DNA from: Nostoc sp. PCC 7120 = FACHB-418
Lineage (GTDB): Bacteria; Cyanobacteriota; Cyanobacteriia; Cyanobacteriales; Nostocaceae
DNA: 32,000 nucleotides
Direction: 5' to 3'
Assembly (NCBI RefSeq): GCF_000009705.1
Contig: NC_003272.1
Location: 3,000,001 to 3,032,000 of the forward strand
The number at the start of each line of letters is the position of its first letter. Position 1 is the stretch's first letter. Made by a program: the position numbers and the translations under genes. The notes under the pieces are model-generated. The model saw only the letters and a program-made list of their open reading frames with translations. It did not search any database and had not been told where the DNA came from. Below are positions 26,666-32,000 of the stretch, piece after piece.

Positions 26666-27181
26666 ATGGCTAGAGTAATTTTCTATGAAAAACCCGGTTG
26701 TAAAGGTGGTACTCGTCAGAAAGTTTTGTTAACTGCGGCGGGACATGAAGTGATCACTTACAACCTACTTACAGAACCTTGGACTGTGGAACGTCTGCGT
26801 TCATTTTTTGGCGATCGCCCAGTTACCGACTGGTTTAATCGTTCCGCGCCACAAATCAAGTCTGGTGAGATTGTTCCCGAACAACTAGACGAACAAACAG
26901 CCTTACTTTTAATGCTGAGAGAGCCTTTATTAATCCGTCGCCCTTTACTGCAAGTAGGCGATCGCCGCGAAGTAGGTTTTGATGTCGAAACCCTGGAAAC
27001 TTGGATTGGCTTAAAACCCGTAGATGAATCCTTCCGCGCCATGAGTGAAAATCTCATGAGCCAAGATTTGCAAGGCTGCGCCCACGGTAATGGTCATAGT
27101 CACGATCATCATCACGATCATCAAGGCGGATGCAACCATCACGGTCAACAAGAACACCACAGACAAGGGTGTAATCATTAA
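26666..27181 (+). CDS. ArsC/Spx-family (glutaredoxin-fold) protein of the nitrogenase-associated subgroup, with a His/Cys-rich C-terminal tail
   Basis: 171-aa ORF. GGAGA precedes the ATG. The N-terminus VIFYEKPGCKGGTRQK resembles the ArsC-family Cys loop, and LLIRRPLL is a family block. The last 34 residues (CAHGNGHSHDHHHDHQGGCNHHGQQEHHRQGCNH) contain 12 His and 3 Cys. Confidence 0.7.
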   Translation: MARVIFYEKPGCKGGTRQKVLLTAAGHEVITYNLLTEPWTVERLRSFFGDRPVTDWFNRSAPQIKSGEIVPEQLDEQTALLLMLREPLLIRRPLLQVGDRREVGFDVETLETWIGLKPVDESFRAMSENLMSQDLQGCAHGNGHSHDHHHDHQGGCNHHGQQEHHRQGCNH

Positions 27182-27207
27182 ACACAGACCGAATTAACCT
27201 AACCGTA

Positions 27208-27230
27208 GAGACGTAGCACCGCTACGTCTC
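27208..27230. terminator. Perfect 10-bp hairpin between convergent genes. Possible bidirectional terminator or RNA-stability element.
   Basis: The sequence is gagacgtagc-acc-gctacgtctc. There is no U-tract on either strand, so terminator function is uncertain. Confidence 0.4.
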
Positions 27231-27260
27231 CAACAAAGGTTTATGGATAAAGCACCCCAA

Positions 27261-28220
27261 CTAACTGACACCAGCAGTTTCATTCGTCAAATCCTGAAAC
27301 AAAGGGGTGCTGAGGTAGCGTTCGCCGAAGGAAGGTTGAATCATCACAATTAACTTGCCGGCATTTTCTGGACGTTTCCCCACCTGTAAAGCTGCACACA
27401 AAGCCGCACCAGAGGAAATACCAGATAGCAAACCTTCTTCTCTGGCTAAACGCCGCCCGTAGCTCATCGCTTGATCATCGCTAACTCTGATGACTTCATC
27501 CACCAATTCTAGACGGAGGACATCGGGAACAAAGCCTGCACCGATACCTTGGATTTTGTGTGGCCCGGCTTGTCCACCGGAAAGGATAGGACTATTGCTA
27601 GGTTCAACTGCGATCGCCTGAAAGCTAGGTTTGCGTTGTTTCAATACCTCTGCAATCCCAGTAATTGTTCCTCCAGTACCCACCCCAGCAATCACAATAT
27701 CAACTTCACCATCGGTATCATTCCAAATTTCTTCGGCGGTAGTTTCACGGTGGATTTTGGGGTTAGCTGGGTTGCGAAACTGTTGCAGCATATGAGTATC
27801 AGGGGTACTAGCCACAATTTCTTCGGCTTTGCGAATGGCTCCCCGCATACCTTCTGTACCTGGAGTCAACTCTAGAGTTGCACCATAAGCCCGCAACATA
27901 GCCCGTCTTTCTTGGCTCATAGTCTCTGGCATAGTCAAAATTAACCGATAGCCACGGGCGGCGGCTACCATCGCCAGGGCAATTCCTGTGTTACCGGAAG
28001 TTGGTTCTACTAAAATAGTTTTTCCCGGTATGATTAAACCTTCCGCTTCTGCTGCGTTAATCATACTCACCCCAATCCGGTCTTTTACGGAAGAGGCTGG
28101 ATTCATTCCTTCTAGTTTGACAACTATTCTGGCAACTACTCCTTCCGCTTGCGGAATCTTATTAAGCTTAACTAAAGGTGTACCTCCAATAAGTTCTGTT
28201 ACATCATTAGCAATTCGCAT
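27261..28220 (-). CDS. cysK: Cysteine synthase A (O-acetylserine sulfhydrylase)
   Basis: 319-aa ORF with an ATG start. It has the PLP-lysine motif [11 protein letters not shown], the loop [10 protein letters not shown] and [10 protein letters not shown]. Confidence 0.95.
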   Translation of the reverse strand: MRIANDVTELIGGTPLVKLNKIPQAEGVVARIVVKLEGMNPASSVKDRIGVSMINAAEAEGLIIPGKTILVEPTSGNTGIALAMVAAARGYRLILTMPETMSQERRAMLRAYGATLELTPGTEGMRGAIRKAEEIVASTPDTHMLQQFRNPANPKIHRETTAEEIWNDTDGEVDIVIAGVGTGGTITGIAEVLKQRKPSFQAIAVEPSNSPILSGGQAGPHKIQGIGAGFVPDVLRLELVDEVIRVSDDQAMSYGRRLAREEGLLSGISSGAALCAALQVGKRPENAGKLIVMIQPSFGERYLSTPLFQDLTNETAGVS

Positions 28221-28261
28221 TATTTTACTCCTAAAATTCTCAATTCAGAGTGAATTGTTTA

Positions 28262-28288
28262 CTTATAACAATTAGCTTATAACAATTA
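28262..28288. repeat. Tandem direct repeat, 2 x CTTATAACAATTA (14-bp period), just upstream of cysK
   Basis: cttataacaatta occurs at 28262-28274 and 28276-28288. That is 42-68 nt upstream of the cysK ATG on the minus strand. Possible operator or 5'-UTR element. Confidence 0.5.
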
Positions 28289-29220
28289 CCTTAGACGTAT
28301 TAAATTTACAAATCAGCTTGCGTGAGAGTATATGTGATGTACTTTTACTAAAGCATAAAACTGGTGACTAAATAAAGCTATTTAAAAACATTTACCCGGT
28401 ATTTTTCTTTTTCAATGTCTTTTGTCACAGTGAATACATTTACACATTAAAAAACATTAAATATCCCTTGCTTATGGAACTCTATTTTTGTAGCCATCGT
28501 CTACATAACTAATAATTTGGTGAATTTATTTTATTCCTTTGTTCAAATCGCACATTTTATATAATTTTAATTGTTTTTTCGGGCTTGTTTTTATATACTC
28601 ACCAATACATATATTCTGCTTGAGTACAAGTTTTTAGCATAAATCACTCAACCACAAAGTTGATTGCATTCGCCCCCTATTTAGCTTTGAGATTGATTTG
28701 ATAAGTGCCAGAACCCCAGTCAATAAATGCTAGTACCCCACCTCAAAAATACTAGTACCCCTACCCCAAATAATTTTTATAATCTTTATGATATAAGGGT
28801 TTGCAGAGTTGAGTACAAAACTAATAAATTTAATAATTTTGATCCGACTCATATAAACCATAGGCAAGAAGGTCGGCTGATATAAAACTAATAGGATTTA
28901 CGCAGAGATTCCCCTCTACCCCCCGAAATTCAATGGGTTAAACCAAAGAACTAGGGGGGACTTCTTAATCATTAAAGAGTAATCGGTGAACATCTTTAAT
29001 AATTAATAGCTGATAATCTAAATTAGGTATTTGCGGCATCGAAATTTGCCAAATTATACCCACTTTTCAAGATAATATTATTTTTCAATTATGACATATT
29101 TTATTTTTCCCTGTCGGCTACTTAGTTAAACAATTGAACTTTATTGATAATGAGAGCATGAAAAAGTTTGTCAGACTACTCCCCACTCCCTACTCCCTTC
29201 TGTAAGATAGGAGAGCAAAG

Positions 29221-29646
29221 ATGAAAGTCAAACTCTTAAATGTTCTCACGGTTTTTTTAGTTACTTTTACGGTGTTATCTCCAGGGCTAATAATATTTGG
29301 TGTTGTTTGGGTCAGACACATAGAGTTCGTTAAAACACAGAAATTAACATTTGCAGTCAATAATATTAATCCAGCAGATACCGCTCTATCTAACACAAAC
29401 ACAACTCAAAACTTAGAACTACCCCAAGTTAGCACCCAAATTTCTGATCGAAATATCGTGAATCAACTGCTGACTGCTGAACAGTATAAACTCGCTGTCC
29501 TCCTGCAATGGTTCGTTTTGCTAACCCCTATATTCATTGGGCTAGGAATTATTGTTTATGACAGATATCTTGTTTACCGCGCTGCTGTTTTAAGAGAACA
29601 AATTGAAATGTTAGAAAGACTTTGGCAGCAAAGCATTGAACAATAA
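29221..29646 (+). CDS. Hypothetical membrane protein (two TM helices, C-terminal coiled-coil-like tail)
   Basis: 141-aa ORF. GGAGAG precedes the ATG. TM1 is VLTVFLVTFTVLSPGLIIFGVVW and TM2 is LAVLLQWFVLLTPIFIGLGIIVY. Confidence 0.55.
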   Translation: MKVKLLNVLTVFLVTFTVLSPGLIIFGVVWVRHIEFVKTQKLTFAVNNINPADTALSNTNTTQNLELPQVSTQISDRNIVNQLLTAEQYKLAVLLQWFVLLTPIFIGLGIIVYDRYLVYRAAVLREQIEMLERLWQQSIEQ

Positions 29647-29793
29647 ATACAGTTGTTACACCCAATATATACATCGTATCAGTGGGAAAAATATCTTTAA
29701 ATCACAGCCTAAAAACTGAGCTTATAGACAAGATAAAAACAACTGGCGACTGACCACTGACAACTAACAATTTTGTAAAAAAACAAATTCACT

Positions 29794-30069
29794 ATGACTG
29801 AAGCAACACAAGAACGCCAAACTTCCTACTTTAATCTCATTGATGAATTACTACAATGTCCGAATGGTCAAGAACCAGAAATATTAGAAGCTAAAGCAGA
29901 ATTAATTGATGCTGGTTTTGTGGAAACTATCGTACAAGTAGCAACAGCATTTGCACATCAAGGTAATCAAGATGGGGCGCAGTTTTTATTTTTTTTAGCT
30001 CGTGAGTTAGCGAAAAGTTTAGGCTTGTATCCTGATTTTCAACAATCTCAAGGAGCAAATGAGGGGTAA
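29794..30069 (+). CDS. Small hypothetical protein (91 aa) resembling the N-terminal helical module found on large cyanobacterial CHAT/TPR/STAND proteins
   Basis: The pattern YFNLIDELLQCPNGQEPEILEAKAELIDAGFVETIVQVATAFAHQGNQDGAQFL matches, from memory, the Y..LI..LL.CP.G.E..IL.A...L.D.G consensus. Here it stands alone. Confidence 0.5.
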   Translation: MTEATQERQTSYFNLIDELLQCPNGQEPEILEAKAELIDAGFVETIVQVATAFAHQGNQDGAQFLFFLARELAKSLGLYPDFQQSQGANEG

Positions 30070-30071
30070 TA

Positions 30072-30383
30072 ATGCTACTAACTGCAACTGATGCTGGACA
30101 TATAGCGTTAGAGTTTCTCCTAGCAGACTGGAATATTGTAGATGAATACAGAGATTGGTTTAACATCTTTAATTCTCGTCTGACGGGTCAGAGTTGGTAC
30201 ATTGTAGAGTTAGGTATAGAAGGATTTCCTGATAGGTGGTACATCCAAGTTTACGACACAGGAGAATGTGATCCTAACTATACTTTTGCTTCCCCTATTC
30301 ATGCTTCTGAAGGATTTGCCGACTTGAGTCATTTACCAGAAATTGTGGCTGAAGTATTAGTTGCAGAGCGCAAATCCAGATAA
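30072..30383 (+). CDS. Small hypothetical protein (103 aa), translationally coupled to the preceding ORF
   Basis: Its ATG lies 2 nt after the upstream TAA. It is an acidic soluble protein, and I recognise no motif. Confidence 0.5.
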   Translation: MLLTATDAGHIALEFLLADWNIVDEYRDWFNIFNSRLTGQSWYIVELGIEGFPDRWYIQVYDTGECDPNYTFASPIHASEGFADLSHLPEIVAEVLVAERKSR

Positions 30384-30407
30384 AGTATTAATCAATATTT
30401 TACCAAT

Positions 30408-30450
30408 AAAGATCCCCGATTTCTTAAAGAAATCGGGGATCTTTTGTTTT
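30408..30450 (+). terminator. Strong rho-independent terminator
   Basis: A perfect 16-bp stem, aaagatccccgatttc / gaaatcggggatcttt, has a 5-nt loop (ttaaa) and is followed by TGTTTT. It lies 25 nt after the stop at 30383. Confidence 0.85.
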
Positions 30451-30603
30451 CAAATATACAAGTATAAATATTAATTTAAATTTGTTTTTTTTACATACAT
30501 TCTATTAATAATAGGAAGAAAATAATGCTGAATTGTCAACATTAAATGACAAAAATATGTTATATTAGTTAGCGTGATGTACGCTACATAAATATCAATT
30601 GCA

Positions 30604-30939
30604 ATGATTGCGGAAGATATCCTAGCTAAGGAATTCACAAGAGTCGTCAATCACTACTACCCAAAAGTCGGGGAATTATTAGATGGGTGTCATGTGAAAG
30701 TCATCACCTGTTTCTGGGGACGACCTGCTAGACGTTTGCAATATATAGGGATTTATTGTTCTGGTGAAATGCTCCCTTATGTGCAGACTCAAAAAGAAAT
30801 ACTCAGAGAAGTAGCTGAAAACATGGGATTAGTGCAAGTAGTTTGCATGAATGCTAAACGATTATTGCGAGACCCCATGTCAAAGTTGAAAGATAACGAC
30901 CCACGCCTATGGCTGGAGTTGCAGATGGTAGCAAGGTAG
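30604..30939 (+). CDS. Hypothetical protein, 111 aa
   Basis: ATG-initiated ORF in an otherwise ORF-poor AT-rich area. I recognise no motif. A GGGGTATGGGGGTA / CACCCCTACACCC inverted repeat follows the stop. Confidence 0.45.
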   Translation: MIAEDILAKEFTRVVNHYYPKVGELLDGCHVKVITCFWGRPARRLQYIGIYCSGEMLPYVQTQKEILREVAENMGLVQVVCMNAKRLLRDPMSKLKDNDPRLWLELQMVAR

Positions 30940-31037
30940 ATGGAAGAAAGGGGTATGGGGGTATTTTTGAAACTATTACACCCCTACACCCTTACAACCT
31001 CCTTAAGTCCCGGTAGAGTAGGAATCGCTAGCAAATA

Positions 31038-32000
31038 ATGAAAACAGGACTGTTCTGCAATTACGAAAATCATCACCAAGACTCGCGTCGAGCCATTTTT
31101 GAACAAGTGGCGCTAGTACGACAGGCGGAAAAGTTGGGTTTCGACGAAGCTTGGGTAACAGAGCATCATTTTAATGAAGTAAATCTCAGTTCGTCAATAT
31201 TGCTGTTGATGGCACATTTAGCAGGTGTCACCTCAACTATTAAATTAGGTACGGCGGCGGTGTTATTACCATTCCACAACCCGATTCGGGTGGCGGAAGA
31301 TATTGCTACCTTAGATAATTTGTGCAATGGACGATTATTATTTGGTGTGGCTAAAGGGGGGCCATTTCCCCAACATAACAAGCATTTTGCCACACCAATG
31401 GGCGAATCTCGCGCGATGATGCTAGAGGCGTTGGCATTGATTCAAAAGCTTTTATATGAAACTGATGTATCATTTAACGGACAATATTATCAGTGCGATC
31501 GCCTCACAGTTTACCCTAAACCTTTACAGCAAGAAATCCCCGTTTATCTAGCCACTGGTGATGATGTAGGTATCGAATTTGCGGCGAAACATTCCTTTGC
31601 TTTGATGGGAGGGCCGCCGTTTGCTCTGGAGAGATTAAAAAAGACGGTGGAAACCTATCGAGCTTTAAATTCTAGTGGTGGGGAAAAATTTGTTTTAGCG
31701 CGCTTCTTTTATGTAGGTAAGACCTATGATGAAGCAGTCACGGAAGCTTTACCTTTTATTAGGTATTTTAGCCAGAAAATGACAGCCAATTCGTCCCAAG
31801 TAATGCAGAACGGTTCTAGCGGTCATAAGCAATTTGACCGCACAAATATTTGTTTTGATGAAGACTACTTGATTGAAAATTCCATCATTGGTGATGTGGC
31901 TACTTGTCGGGACAAAATCAAGAAATTTCAAGACGAATTGGATCTAGGTACATTAGCGCTCAAACCCTCATCTTTTGCCTTGCAAAAAAATCAGGAAAGC
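31038..32000 (+). CDS. LLM-class (luciferase-like) flavin-dependent oxidoreductase. Partial: the C-terminus lies beyond the right edge of the window.
   Basis: Absent from the ORF track because there is no stop in the window. The translation from ATG at 31038 is MKTGLFCNYENHH...AEKLGFDEAWVTEHHFNEVNLSSSILLLMAHLAGVTSTIKLGTAAVLLPFHNPIRVAEDIATLDNLCNGRLLFGVAKGG. This is the typical luciferase-like monooxygenase N-terminal signature. The frame stays open for 321 codons to position 32000. Confidence 0.85.
   Translation, partial: MKTGLFCNYENHHQDSRRAIFEQVALVRQAEKLGFDEAWVTEHHFNEVNLSSSILLLMAHLAGVTSTIKLGTAAVLLPFHNPIRVAEDIATLDNLCNGRLLFGVAKGGPFPQHNKHFATPMGESRAMMLEALALIQKLLYETDVSFNGQYYQCDRLTVYPKPLQQEIPVYLATGDDVGIEFAAKHSFALMGGPPFALERLKKTVETYRALNSSGGEKFVLARFFYVGKTYDEAVTEALPFIRYFSQKMTANSSQVMQNGSSGHKQFDRTNICFDEDYLIENSIIGDVATCRDKIKKFQDELDLGTLALKPSSFALQKNQES

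Noticed and set aside
27549-28275. Plus-strand ORFs (108 and 95 aa) antisense to cysK.
   Set aside because: These are shadow ORFs opposite a canonical PLP enzyme gene. The second also runs into the AT-rich promoter region without an RBS.
29190-29402. A 70-aa minus-strand ORF overlapping the start of the 29221..29646 gene.
   Set aside because: The plus-strand ORF is longer, has an RBS and predicts two clean TM helices. The minus-strand frame has neither an RBS nor any feature.
1-32000. A search for tRNA, rRNA, tmRNA, RNase P RNA, a known riboswitch core (glutamine, ykkC-type) and Yfr1-like sRNA signatures.
   Set aside because: I could find no T-loop/acceptor-type patterns or conserved cores by eye in the intergenic regions. 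A covariance-model scan (tRNAscan-SE/Infernal) would be needed to exclude them formally.

Overview
This window reads as an ordinary chromosomal segment of a filamentous, heterocyst-forming cyanobacterium (Nostoc/Anabaena type). Three things support that origin. The HIP1 palindrome GCGATCGC occurs about two dozen times by eye. Heptamer tandem repeats and small hairpin-type dispersed repeats fill most intergenic gaps. The gene content is typical of the group.

Most coding regions are housekeeping genes:
- partial S41 Ctp protease
- ispG
- membrane Ser/Thr kinase
- bcp/PrxQ peroxiredoxin
- NifS/IscS-type cysteine desulfurase
- S51 cyanophycinase-like peptidase
- GT4 glycosyltransferase
- lepA
- SGNH hydrolase
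- cysK
- partial LLM flavin oxidoreductase

The most coherent functional block is a nitrogen-fixation/heterocyst-associated locus. It holds patB (cnfR-type Fe-S/HTH regulator), divergent from an fdxB-like 2[4Fe-4S] ferredoxin and a coxBAC cytochrome c oxidase operon. Behind coxC come three poorly characterised genes: a 161-aa helical protein, a 3-His cupin, and an ArsC/Spx-like protein with a His/Cys-rich tail.

I found no rRNA, tRNA, CRISPR array, transposase, integrase, phage gene or recognisable defence system, and no self-contained novel system that I can defend from sequence alone.

The items most worth follow-up are:
- a PlsY-like membrane domain fused to a PEP-synthase/rifampin-phosphotransferase-like enzyme
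- the uncharacterised genes riding behind cox2
- a roughly 400-bp composite palindromic repeat
- small unannotated ORFs
- a block of four small orphan genes behind a 1-kb ORF-free AT-rich region (28.2-31 kb)

All homology calls come from motif recognition by eye. No database search was possible.
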